A DNA stretch of 64,000 bases from the IMG/VR virus record IMGVR_UViG_3300042519_004024, positions 62,001-126,000 of that record. One strand, 5' to 3'. Below, one piece after another: positions 1 through 8,664 of this stretch. The stretch's first letter is position 1; every line of letters begins with the position of its first letter. A program made the translations under genes and the position numbers. The notes under the pieces are model-generated. The model did no database searches. It worked only from the letters and a program-made list of their open reading frames with translations, and was not told the origin of the DNA.

Positions 1-252
1 ATCACCAGATCCCCTAACAGAAAACGGATCTTCCATTTTTTTATCTTCTATAAAATAACAAAAGAAATCAAAATTAGCATATTCATCACCTTTTTCAAAA
101 TGAATATTCTGTAATTCAAAATCTTTTTTATTTTTAAACTGATTAATAACAAATCTAGATAAAGCCAATGATAGTTCATCTGTTTTTCTTTCTGTAATAA
201 TTTTTTTTGAGATTTTTTTTACAATCCCCTCTAATAGTGTTTTTTTGTACAT
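1..252 (-). CDS. Hypothetical late protein with [ILV]xE-type leader; partial, runs off the left edge
   Basis: Hand translation from ATG 252: MYKKTLLEGIVKKISKKIITERKTDEL..., open to position 1; TATTTAT motif at 257-263. Not in ORF track. Confidence 0.7.
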   Translation of the reverse strand, partial: MYKKTLLEGIVKKISKKIITERKTDELSLALSRFVINQFKNKKDFELQNIHFEKGDEYANFDFFCYFIEDKKMEDPFSVRGSGD

Positions 253-308
253 ACTAATAAATATCATTTAAAAAAAAAGTATTATATTTGTATCTAAATA
301 AAATAGAT

Positions 309-878
309 ATGAGATTTTTTGTTGTACTTTTTTTCTTGATTATTAATAATTTTTTACTTTCTCAACAAATTAATAATCAAAATTTTAACTCTTCGGAGAT
401 GAACCGTGTTTTGTTAAAAACTTTTAACGAATTTCGTAAATCTAAAGGTTTGGATACCCTTATTTATTCTGAAACAGTGTTTGATAGTCTTTCTTACCCA
501 AACTGTGTTGAGGTTTCTTCTTCTTGTAAATTTTACCATCCGTCGCTTACTAATAGATGGAAAAACAAAACTTTAAGAGAGTTAATTGTAAACGAATCTT
601 ATAATAAAATTGGTGGTAACGTAATGAGACATTCTTCAGGACTTCCTTGGATGGATACTTGGGAAAATGCCTTTAGATCTTATGGAATCTTTACTAGTTA
701 TGAAGAAATTGCAAAAATAGCAATTGAAAGTTGGGAAAATTCTCTTGGACATAGTAGAGTTCAAAATATGTCTTTTGAGTCTGGTGGGTTACCGGGGTTA
801 TTTTCTTGTCATTCGGCTTATGGTAAGAACGGTTACATTTACATATATATAAATTTTGTTACCGTACACAGAAATTAA
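309..878 (+). CDS. CAP/SCP-domain secreted protein
   Basis: Signal-peptide-like start MRFFVVLFFLII (ATG 309); CAP motifs LLKTFNEFRKSKGL and AIESWENSLGH. Confidence 0.7.
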   Translation: MRFFVVLFFLIINNFLLSQQINNQNFNSSEMNRVLLKTFNEFRKSKGLDTLIYSETVFDSLSYPNCVEVSSSCKFYHPSLTNRWKNKTLRELIVNESYNKIGGNVMRHSSGLPWMDTWENAFRSYGIFTSYEEIAKIAIESWENSLGHSRVQNMSFESGGLPGLFSCHSAYGKNGYIYIYINFVTVHRN

Positions 879-881
879 TTT

Positions 882-1490
882 TTACTGTTGTAGATGTGTC
901 ATAAGAACACCACCTAACGCAGTTGCATGTACTTGTAAATGGTTAATCGATTCCATATCAAGTCTTGTTTTTCTTTTTGTATAATCTAAACCTAAAGTTC
1001 CAATAAACTTATCATCAATTGTTTTAATTGCAAATAAGTAACCAGACTTACAGTTAGTATCTTCTGCAATATATTTTAAACCATATGTAGCAATTGATTC
1101 ATCCTTGTAATCAGGAATTTCAATAACGTCGTTACTTAGTAATTGATTTATAGATTTTGAAAATAGGTTTACTGGTATGTTATGAAAATTTGTTTGGACT
1201 GATGTGACTCCAGGATGTACCGTTTCATACATTATAGAAAACTTAGCCATTGATTTTCCTGTTGGGTAAAAGTTACCCCCATTGTGGAATTGTGTTATCC
1301 AAACCCTATCAGCATTAAACTCTTCTTTTATGTGTTCTATTTTGTTTGTTACAAGCTCTGAAACCCTTAAAGTTTCTTTAACCATATCAGGTTTTTCCTT
1401 CTTCTCAAGCTTACTCTTTATATAAAGAACTAAGATTGGTCCGATAACTCCCGTTATAAATGCAATAATAATCCCCACGTATTCACTCAT
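882..1490 (-). CDS. Single-TM protein with GAF-like domain; holin/antiholin candidate
   Basis: Hydrophobic aa 5-24, basic KSKLEKKEK, then GAF-like segment (ADRVWITQFHNG...IKTIDDKFIGTLGLDY); next to lysis genes. Confidence 0.6.
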   Translation of the reverse strand: MSEYVGIIIAFITGVIGPILVLYIKSKLEKKEKPDMVKETLRVSELVTNKIEHIKEEFNADRVWITQFHNGGNFYPTGKSMAKFSIMYETVHPGVTSVQTNFHNIPVNLFSKSINQLLSNDVIEIPDYKDESIATYGLKYIAEDTNCKSGYLFAIKTIDDKFIGTLGLDYTKRKTRLDMESINHLQVHATALGGVLMTHLQQ

Positions 1491-1499
1491 AATATTTTT

Positions 1500-1748
1500 T
1501 TAATTTGATCCAGAATAATTTCTTTTATTTTCCATTTTTTCATAATAACCTTCTTTAGAACCTTTCCAATCCCAAGGCAAATTATTTTTCATATTGTATT
1601 CCAACTTATCTTTAGAAATTCCTTTTAATTTCATCATAAGTTTTTTATAAAAAGATTCATCATTATTATCCTCCTTATCTTTTTCTAATATAACTTTTTT
1701 GACAATTCTTGTCAAATCAGTTTCGGTTAATCTTGTAAATCTTTTCAT
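1500..1748 (-). CDS. LTESDL-leader family protein
   Basis: MKRFTRLTETDLTRIVKKVILEK from ATG 1748; TATTTAT at 1757-1763. Confidence 0.8.
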   Translation of the reverse strand: MKRFTRLTETDLTRIVKKVILEKDKEDNNDESFYKKLMMKLKGISKDKLEYNMKNNLPWDWKGSKEGYYEKMENKRNYSGSN

Positions 1749-1774
1749 ACTAATTAATAAATATACCGTTAATC

Positions 1775-1800
1775 TAAAAACCCCCACTTTTGGTGGGGGT
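1775..1800 (-). terminator. Intrinsic terminator after small holin
   Basis: ACCCCCAC-CAAAA-GTGGGGGT followed by T-run on minus strand. Confidence 0.8.
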
Positions 1801-1823
1801 TAGTTACTAATTTTAATAAAAAT

Positions 1824-1991
1824 TTATTTCTTGTCAACAATAGACCAAATAGCCCCTGTTAATGTCATAGCACCACCAACTATTTCAGTAACAGTTGTTT
1901 CATCCACTAAACCTTTCATTACTAAGATACCACCAACAAATGTCAATGCATGTCTGATGATTCCCATAATTTGTTCTTTAGTTAATTTCAT
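1824..1991 (-). CDS. Small two-TM putative holin (Pam3-gp28-like), 55 aa
   Basis: Hand translation MKLTKEQIMGIIRHALTFVGGILVMKGLVDETTVTEIVGGAMTLTGAIWSIVDKK; directly after endolysin; IRHALTFVGG motif. Below ORF-track cutoff. Confidence 0.75.
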   Translation of the reverse strand: MKLTKEQIMGIIRHALTFVGGILVMKGLVDETTVTEIVGGAMTLTGAIWSIVDKK

Positions 1992-2026
1992 AATATAAAT
2001 TTTAAAAGTTTATTTTATAATAAATA

Positions 2027-2851
2027 TCACTTAAGTAAGTTATAGTATTCTTTAAAGTGTTTTATTCTATCGGCAAGTCCTATTGTACCACCATTTACTC
2101 GTTTTGTCACCGCAGTAACTGTAGCATCATCAGCCCCCTTATCACAAATGGACCACAATTTATTTGAGTCGAAAAAGAATGCAGCAGAAGCTAATGGGTA
2201 TTTTGTTGCTACCAAGTCAGGATTTGCAATACAATCTTCACCAATGAACTTAGTAAAACTTGTGTAGTTTGCCTTCCCTGTTAATTGGATATAGCCTCTT
2301 CCTCTGAATTTAAAACCTTCTTTAGACAATTCATCACCATTACCCATTCTTCCACCATAAACTCTTGAAGCAATTTTTTCGGGTTGTCTTGCATATGATT
2401 CAGCAAGGGTTCCTGGAAAGTATTTACCAAATATTTTCTTTAGACCGTCCGCAGAATAGTTTAAATTTTCTGAAACCGCTTTAAATCCGCCTGATTCGTG
2501 TCCACATTGTGAAAGGAAATGTGCAAGTCTAAGGTTATTCGTAATATTGAATTTTTTTGCAGTTTCAGGTATTTGTGCAATAACAACATCAGGAATATGT
2601 CCTTTTAATCTTTCAATATTTAATCCTGTCACTGGTGTAATTACAACGTCTTCTTTAACTACTTGGGTTGTTCCAAACATTTTCGACCAAGTGCCGTCAC
2701 CAACAATACCATCGGCAGTTAATCCGTTTGCTGATTGCCATTCTTTAACTTTTTTTTCAGTGTTAGGACCAAATGAACCGTCTGCAGTTAAACCTAATTT
2801 TGTTTGGAGTTTTTTTACATCGTCTCCTTTCGATCCTACTTTTAATAACAT
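2027..2851 (-). CDS. Endolysin: peptidoglycan-binding domain plus glycoside hydrolase family 19
   Basis: LKVGSKGDDVKKLQ...DGIVGDGTW binding domain; HFLSQCGHESGGF, FRGRGYIQLTGKANY, VTKRVNGG GH19 motifs. Confidence 0.92.
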   Translation of the reverse strand: MLLKVGSKGDDVKKLQTKLGLTADGSFGPNTEKKVKEWQSANGLTADGIVGDGTWSKMFGTTQVVKEDVVITPVTGLNIERLKGHIPDVVIAQIPETAKKFNITNNLRLAHFLSQCGHESGGFKAVSENLNYSADGLKKIFGKYFPGTLAESYARQPEKIASRVYGGRMGNGDELSKEGFKFRGRGYIQLTGKANYTSFTKFIGEDCIANPDLVATKYPLASAAFFFDSNKLWSICDKGADDATVTAVTKRVNGGTIGLADRIKHFKEYYNLLK

Positions 2852-2862
2852 AGTTTTTTGTT

Positions 2863-3540
2863 TTATTGTTTATTTTCTGTTGCGTATTTAATACCCATAA
2901 TGGTTCCTACAATTGAGAATGCGTTTGTTAAAAGAATACCAAAAATGTTAGACCAAGCAGCACTAATAACTTGTGTGTCTTTACCCATAACAAGTGTGAA
3001 CACATAAACACCGGTAGTAATAATACCAACACCAACAATAATATAAAGTGCGACTCTTACTATTGTTGATATTAATTCTGTTTGATTTTTCTTTTGTAGT
3101 AAGTCTAAATCATTTTCGGCGTTTTGTTTGGCGGTTTCAGCCACGATCCTTGCTTGTTCGACTTTAACCATTTCATTTTTTAACTCTTCGGTAAGTCTTA
3201 AATTATCTTGTTTCCACTCATTTAATTCTCTATTTTGAACTTCAAAGGTTAATCTCGATTCTTCAACATTACTTAAACTTTGTTGTAGCTCCTGTAGTAT
3301 TCTTTCATTTTCTTGATTTGCAACCACTAAGTCTTCATTTTGTTTTTGTATTTTTTTTGTCATCTCAAGACGTTTCTTTCTTTTATCTTCGTCTTTTGAT
3401 AAACAATTTTTTAAATACTCTTTAAACTCTTCGTCACCCTCATTGTCAATAAGTTTAGTAATATTACCTTCAAGACCTATACCTTTTTTTTGATACAAAT
3501 CTATTAAAGTTTTTTTAGTATTACTATCTATTTTTATCAT
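2863..3540 (-). CDS. Coiled-coil protein with two C-terminal TM helices
   Basis: Heptad-rich aa 50-150, two hydrophobic helices near C-terminus; 4-nt overlap with response regulator. Confidence 0.8.
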   Translation of the reverse strand: MIKIDSNTKKTLIDLYQKKGIGLEGNITKLIDNEGDEEFKEYLKNCLSKDEDKRKKRLEMTKKIQKQNEDLVVANQENERILQELQQSLSNVEESRLTFEVQNRELNEWKQDNLRLTEELKNEMVKVEQARIVAETAKQNAENDLDLLQKKNQTELISTIVRVALYIIVGVGIITTGVYVFTLVMGKDTQVISAAWSNIFGILLTNAFSIVGTIMGIKYATENKQ

Positions 3541-3974
3541 TTGTAAACTTTAAATGGTAATGTTCTGTTTTTATAACCCTCATAGTCTTTTCTGAATTCT
3601 TCTAAACGAGGTTCAATATCATCTGATTTAATAATCCAGAATTGAGCACCAGCCTGGAGCGCTTTTGCTTGTTCTTCAGATTCATTTGATGATGATATAA
3701 TACCAATAACTACATGATTACCATACTCAAAATTAATTTTTCTAATTAATTCTATACCATCAAAAGAACTTCCTATTATATTTAAATCAACAAACACACA
3801 TTCAGGTTTATCATTATCGTCCCCATTTTGGAACCATTTTTGAAATAGTTTTGCCGCTTCATCAGAACTGCTTAACGCATTTAAAGACAAACTTATGTCA
3901 AGTAACGAACAAGCGTCTTCAAATACCAAATGGAATAAATCCTCGTCATCCACTAATAAAATTGAATCAATCAT
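3537..3974 (-). CDS. Single-domain CheY-like response regulator
   Basis: LLVDDED acidic pocket, VFVDLN phospho-Asp, ISSS switch residue, FWIIKS conserved Lys; no output domain. Confidence 0.92.
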   Translation of the reverse strand: MIDSILLVDDEDLFHLVFEDACSLLDISLSLNALSSSDEAAKLFQKWFQNGDDNDKPECVFVDLNIIGSSFDGIELIRKINFEYGNHVVIGIISSSNESEEQAKALQAGAQFWIIKSDDIEPRLEEFRKDYEGYKNRTLPFKVYK

Positions 3975-3992
3975 TTTTTCTTTTTTTGTTTT

Positions 3993-6116
3993 TTATTTTA
4001 TTTTTATTTTCATTTTTGTTCCTATCTCATTTTTCTCACAAGTAATATTAAACTTGTGTTCCTCTAAAATTGCAACGCAAATATTTAACCCCAAACCTGT
4101 GCCTGATTCTGTTTGTCCTTCTTTTCTTATGTATGGTTTACGTAGGTGATCAAAATCTTGTTGTGTAATCCCTCTACCATTATCTTGAATGTATATATTA
4201 TTCTCATCAGAATAAATTTTAACGAACTTAGTGTCTGAATCATTATATTTTAAACCATTCCTAATAAGGTTATCTACCGCAGTACAGAATAACGCTTCGT
4301 TTACTTCTATTGTTGGTAAGTCCTCAATAATAACCTGACTACTATAAGCCGTAGATGATAGGTAATCAGATAGAATTGATTTTAAATTACATTCCGTTTT
4401 ATTTAAAACCACGTCTTTTTTAACTAAGTTGGTGAACTCATAAACGCCTTTATAAACTTTTTGTGAATGTTTAAGTCCTTCCTTAATCATTCTAATTGGT
4501 GCTTCTATTTTTAATGATGTAATATCTTCAGAACTTAATCTTCTTTCTAAAGAACTTAATCCTCTTGGCATGTAAGTATTTATACCTGAATGCATATCGT
4601 GTCTTAATATCTTTGCTGCGTGTTCTAAGTAAGTGTTTTTCTTTTCAATTTCTTTTCTTTGTTCATATGAATTGGTCACATCTGTTGCGATTTTCATAAC
4701 ACGATAAATTTTACCGTCTAAACCAACAATTGGGTTGTATGTTGCTTGTAGATGAACTAAAGTACCGTCTTTTTTAACTCTAGTGATTTCACCCGTAAAT
4801 AATACTCCTTCATTTAATTTTTTCCAAAAAAGTAAATATTCTTTACTTTTTGCATGATCCTCGTCTATAAAAATTCTGTGGTGTTTTCCAATTATTTCAT
4901 CCGGTGAAGAATAACCCATAGTATTTAAAAACAATTCATTAGCAAAAATAATGTTCCCTTGTAAATCAAACTCAATAACCGCATTAGATTTATTTATCGC
5001 ATTCATTCTATTACGGATCTCAACTTCTTTTCTTTTAAGTTCTGTGACATCTTGTCTAATTGATGAAAACCCTTCTAATTTACCATACTTATCAAAATTC
5101 GCTTTGATGTATGTATCAACATAGTATAACTCTCCTGACTTTCCTTTATTGGTTACAACGTCATTCCATATCTCACCTTTCATTACGGTTTCATACATCT
5201 TACCCCAATATCCATCAGGTTGTAATCCAGAGTTAACAACAATATGGTCCTTACCTTTAACCTCCTCTAAAGACCATCCTGAAACTTCTTCAAACTTATG
5301 GTTTACATAAGTTATTTTACCTTTGTTATCAGTAACTGAAACAATTGACGACTCGTTTAAAAACTTTTCAGTTTCTTTATTTCTTCTATTTAAATCGTTT
5401 CCTTCTTTAACAGAATAGGCAAACGTATATAAAGATGAAAGAAGTTGTGCAAAATCAACCTCAACTTTATCCCATTCACGAAGAGTTAAACTTTCAATAC
5501 ATATGACACCAATAGTTTCTCCTTTATATGTTATTGGAACATCCAACATTGATTTTACACCGAGTGGTTTTAAATACCCCTCAGTAAAACAAGAAGTCGC
5601 ACTATGTGTTTCAGCATCATTAGCAATAATGATTGGGTTAATTAATAGGGATAGGAAATATGGTTGGAAGTCTTTTTTATGTAGTTCAATGTTTTGGTAC
5701 CAAGTATCTTCTGATTTAATATATAATTGCTCACATATGATTGAACTTTTATCTTTATTATATAACCATATTGAACATCTATCAGCATTAATAGATTCTA
5801 TCACTTCTTTGGTTAAAACCTTAGCGCCTTCCGAAGTATTACCCTCATAAAATAAAGGATTGTGTGATTGAGATATAAGAGTTTCATTTAGTTTTTTAAC
5901 ATACTTACTCTGTTCTTTACCTTTTTTATTTCTTTTTATGTATTCAATAACAACGAAAGCAAAGAATGGTAAAAACGCCAAAAAACAAGTATAACCAAAA
6001 TACCCAATTTCGTCTATGTAATTTATAAAATGAAACACAAGTAGTGATTGGGTGGTAAAGAATGTTCCCATAATTATTACGGAAATAATCAAAGAAATTT
6101 TAGATAATTTTGTCAT
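3993..6116 (-). CDS. Sensor histidine kinase (2TM-GAF-PAS-PAS-HisKA-HATPase)
   Basis: Two N-terminal TMs; GAF; two PAS/PAC domains; H-box ILRHDMHSG; N-box DNLIRNGLKYN; G1 DNGRGI; G2 GTGLGL. Confidence 0.93.
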   Translation of the reverse strand: MTKLSKISLIISVIIMGTFFTTQSLLVFHFINYIDEIGYFGYTCFLAFLPFFAFVVIEYIKRNKKGKEQSKYVKKLNETLISQSHNPLFYEGNTSEGAKVLTKEVIESINADRCSIWLYNKDKSSIICEQLYIKSEDTWYQNIELHKKDFQPYFLSLLINPIIIANDAETHSATSCFTEGYLKPLGVKSMLDVPITYKGETIGVICIESLTLREWDKVEVDFAQLLSSLYTFAYSVKEGNDLNRRNKETEKFLNESSIVSVTDNKGKITYVNHKFEEVSGWSLEEVKGKDHIVVNSGLQPDGYWGKMYETVMKGEIWNDVVTNKGKSGELYYVDTYIKANFDKYGKLEGFSSIRQDVTELKRKEVEIRNRMNAINKSNAVIEFDLQGNIIFANELFLNTMGYSSPDEIIGKHHRIFIDEDHAKSKEYLLFWKKLNEGVLFTGEITRVKKDGTLVHLQATYNPIVGLDGKIYRVMKIATDVTNSYEQRKEIEKKNTYLEHAAKILRHDMHSGINTYMPRGLSSLERRLSSEDITSLKIEAPIRMIKEGLKHSQKVYKGVYEFTNLVKKDVVLNKTECNLKSILSDYLSSTAYSSQVIIEDLPTIEVNEALFCTAVDNLIRNGLKYNDSDTKFVKIYSDENNIYIQDNGRGITQQDFDHLRKPYIRKEGQTESGTGLGLNICVAILEEHKFNITCEKNEIGTKMKIKIK

Positions 6117-6120
6117 ATTA

Positions 6121-6175
6121 ATAAATATAACAAAATCTTAAAAACTATTTACTTTTCAAACTAAGACATATTTAT
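6121..6175. promoter_or_regulatory. Divergent pair of TATTTAT putative late promoters
   Basis: Minus copy 6121-6127 before the kinase and plus copy 6169-6175 before the YkuD-like gene; motif precedes more than 20 genes in sense orientation. Confidence 0.7.
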
Positions 6176-6191
6176 AAATAAAATTAATATT

Positions 6192-6800
6192 ATGAGTTAC
6201 ACAAGAGAACAAATTGAGACAGCCGTAAAGGCTAAAGGGTACAAATGGTTTGAGGATTCTTCAAACAAAAGTTATGACGTAAACATAGTTGGGGTTAGGA
6301 ATACTTCTCCAGCCGTTTATAGAAAGGTTACAAATGTTTTTGATGATCACTTAACCATTTCTTTTAAAGATGAAAAAGGTAGTTGGCAGTTCTACTGTTG
6401 GATGGGTACTTGTGATCCAGGTAAAAAAGGTGTACAACAATTCCATAACAGTAAAGGTGTTGCAAGACTTGTTCCGGGACAATACAGAGGTGTATGGAAA
6501 GTGGATAAACATCAAGGTAAGTATGATGCTCTTTGTCAAAGAAATGGTAACGTTACTGTATGGAGAGATGCTAACAAAGATTTAGTCTTTGAAGAAAAAG
6601 TAACTGATACAGGAATGTTTGGTATTAACATTCACAAAGCAGGTCAGGATTCACAATGGGTTGAAAATTGGTCTGAGGGTTGTCAGGTATTCAAAAGAGT
6701 TAAGGACTTTGATGAATTTATGTCAATATGTAAAAAAGCCGCAAAAATTCACGGAAACAAATTTTCTTACACTCTTTTAGAGTCGACAGATATTAAATAA
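6192..6800 (+). CDS. L,D-transpeptidase (YkuD)-like protein
   Basis: GINIHKAG-x8-WSEGCQVF resembles the His...S-x-G-C catalytic motif. Confidence 0.6.
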   Translation: MSYTREQIETAVKAKGYKWFEDSSNKSYDVNIVGVRNTSPAVYRKVTNVFDDHLTISFKDEKGSWQFYCWMGTCDPGKKGVQQFHNSKGVARLVPGQYRGVWKVDKHQGKYDALCQRNGNVTVWRDANKDLVFEEKVTDTGMFGINIHKAGQDSQWVENWSEGCQVFKRVKDFDEFMSICKKAAKIHGNKFSYTLLESTDIK

Positions 6801-6802
6801 AT

Positions 6803-6827
6803 AAAGGCTCTTAGGAGCCTTTTTTAT
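6803..6827 (+). terminator. Intrinsic terminator
   Basis: AAAGGCTC-TTAG-GAGCCTTT plus T-run after TAA 6800. Confidence 0.8.
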
Positions 6828-6903
6828 TATGTGTCAAATAGTAATATAAAAAAACACCCATAATCACAATGGGGGTTAAAACTGCAGCAATATACTCACT
6901 CAT
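6811..6903 (-). CDS. Putative 30-aa single-TM micropeptide
   Basis: Hand translation MSEYIAAVLTPIVIMGVFLYYYLTHNKKGS; short, so could be chance. Confidence 0.35.
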   Translation of the reverse strand: MSEYIAAVLTPIVIMGVFLYYYLTHNKKGS

Positions 6904-7003
6904 AACATTAATTTTAATATAATTATCCAAACAAAAAACAATCCAATCTATCAAATGAACAAGGTGGTTGTTTAAATTAACAACCACCCCATTTAGATTA
7001 TTA

Positions 7004-7738
7004 TTACACCATCTTCAACAAGATGTCAGCCGTTCCCTCCCAAGTTTTGATTTGAGATTTTGGAACCCAAAACTCCATCTCACCGATTTCGTCAACACGT
7101 TTCATGTACTCCAAACGGAAAGCTTCTGCTTGTGACTTGTCAGTGATGTAAGGAACCCCTACGTGACTTGCACAAATCTTACCAAGTCCTGTCAACATTG
7201 AAAACTCATCAGTAAGAGTTTTCATACAACAAGTACAAACAGAACCTCTTTTGATTGTAAGTTTAGCTGCGAATTTCACGGCTTTAGGTGAGATTGCAAG
7301 AACCTTAGTCACATCCAAAAGGATTGGGTTGAACTTCAATCCGTAAGTCTCTTTAAGAGATTGTCCCGCCTTACGTCCGATTTTGATTGTATCACCGATA
7401 GCCGGTACATTCAAATGAACAGTCTTTGCCTTGTCCTCTTCTTTTTGGATTTGGTTCAAAGCCGCTGAGATTTGTTTGTCAGACAACTTTCCGTACTTCT
7501 CAAGTTTACCTTTCAACTCGTTAACGAAAGAGTTCTCACCCTCGTATGCTGCGATTTTTTTCATATCGTCAGTCATCTCAACAGCTTTCGCCTCTACAGG
7601 GTTGTTGAAGATTTTTTCAACTGCGGCTCTTTGGTTAGCCGTCAATGATCCGTATTTAGTCATTGCGTCTTTCATTTTCAAGATGAAAGAATTTTTACCG
7701 TTGTAGTTTCTTACTTGTGTTGCGATGTCTGTTGTCAT
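7004..7738 (-). CDS. Early protein with duplicated ~30-aa module and C-terminal DUF6011-like Cys motif
   Basis: YNGKNSF...KYGSLTANQRAA and YEGENSF...KYGKLSDKQISAA; CTCCMKTLTDEFSMLTGLGKICA; host-type promoter upstream. Confidence 0.75.
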   Translation of the reverse strand: MTTDIATQVRNYNGKNSFILKMKDAMTKYGSLTANQRAAVEKIFNNPVEAKAVEMTDDMKKIAAYEGENSFVNELKGKLEKYGKLSDKQISAALNQIQKEEDKAKTVHLNVPAIGDTIKIGRKAGQSLKETYGLKFNPILLDVTKVLAISPKAVKFAAKLTIKRGSVCTCCMKTLTDEFSMLTGLGKICASHVGVPYITDKSQAEAFRLEYMKRVDEIGEMEFWVPKSQIKTWEGTADILLKMV

Positions 7739-7760
7739 ATCTTTTCCGTTTTGATTTATA

Positions 7761-7790
7761 CAAAGATATGAAAATTTTATTAATTACAAA
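7761..7790 (-). promoter_or_regulatory. Bacteroidota-type housekeeping promoter
   Basis: TTTG-N18-TATCTTTG on minus strand. Confidence 0.7.
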
Positions 7791-7803
7791 ATTTATTTCT
7801 GAT

Positions 7804-8310
7804 TTATTTATTTTTTAATTCAAGTAAATATTGATAAAGTTCGTCTTCTTGTCCCGGTGAGTATCCAACATATGATTTAACAATATTACCATATACATCT
7901 AAAATGAAAGTGTGTGGTATATTATTTACCCCTAAAGCTCTTTTTAAATCACCATTTACATCCAACCAAACTTCATAATCCCAAGAACTTCCTTTAACGT
8001 ATGTCTCTACAGAATTTTTAGTTTTCTCATCATCTACTGAAACAGCAATTAGTGTTACACCGGTACTATCAACCCACTGAGAGTAAACATCATTAATTGA
8101 ATTTAATTCTTTTTTACACGGAGCACACCAAGTAGCCCAAAAACTAATAACAACCGGCCCTTCATACTTTAATTTAGCAGTATTTACCCCTTCCCCATCT
8201 AAAGTTTTTATATAAACTGTTGGTAGTTTTCTTAATGTGGTATCAATTTGTGTTGATTGCCCAAAAAATAAGAATGGAATTAAAAATAGTGTTATCAAAA
8301 AAGACTTCAT
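7804..8310 (-). CDS. TlpA/ResA-family thioredoxin-like disulfide reductase
   Basis: Signal peptide; SFWATWCAPCKKEL; NNIPHTFILD. Confidence 0.9.
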   Translation of the reverse strand: MKSFLITLFLIPFLFFGQSTQIDTTLRKLPTVYIKTLDGEGVNTAKLKYEGPVVISFWATWCAPCKKELNSINDVYSQWVDSTGVTLIAVSVDDEKTKNSVETYVKGSSWDYEVWLDVNGDLKRALGVNNIPHTFILDVYGNIVKSYVGYSPGQEDELYQYLLELKNK

Positions 8311-8388
8311 AATTTTGTTTTTTTATTATAATAAATACTCTTGAGGTTACAGAGTTAATTAAATATTGAGCACCTCTATCTCATTTTG

Positions 8389-8461
8389 TTGTCAGTAAAG
8401 GATTCGAACCAATGACACGTCCCTAAAAAGGGATTGCTCTAACCAACTGAGCTAACTGACA
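8389..8461 (-). ncRNA. Aberrant tRNA-Lys-like RNA (6-nt anticodon loop)
   Basis: Perfect acceptor TGTCAGT/ACTGACA, canonical D arm, loop TTTTTA, two T-T mismatches in T stem. Confidence 0.7.
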
Positions 8462-8499
8462 TACCTAATAATAAAACTTTAGTTTTACATTGTCAAGTG

Positions 8500-8573
8500 T
8501 GGTCCTTGTTGGGATCGAACCAACCACCCACAGATTATGAGTCTGTTGCTCTAACCGAATGAGCTAAAGGACC
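8500..8573 (-). tRNA. tRNA-Ile2(CAT), lysidine type (elongator Met less likely)
   Basis: ACAGA-CTCATAA-TCTGT; C4:G69 and C5:G68 match TilS determinants. Confidence 0.85.
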
Positions 8574-8579
8574 TATTTG

Positions 8580-8662
8580 ATGTCAGGGAGGGATTCGAAC
8601 CCACAATGAGCAACCATCTTTAACAGATGGATTCAGTACCACACTTCTTTACACTCCTGACA
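8580..8662 (-). ncRNA. tRNA-like RNA with disrupted D arm
   Basis: Acceptor TGTCAGG/CCTGACA; T arm GTGGG-TTCGAAT-CCCTC; central hairpin CCATC-TGTTAAA-GATGG. Confidence 0.65.
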
Positions 8663-8664
8663 AA

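Noticed and set aside
2863-6116. Host chromosomal contamination or chimera for the two-component genes
   Set aside because: Composition matches flanks, genes are coupled to the endolysin, and the operon has the phage late motif; read mapping would be the final check.
8580-8662. Ochre suppressor tRNA
   Set aside because: G33 instead of U33, unpaired D arm, and TAA is the dominant stop.
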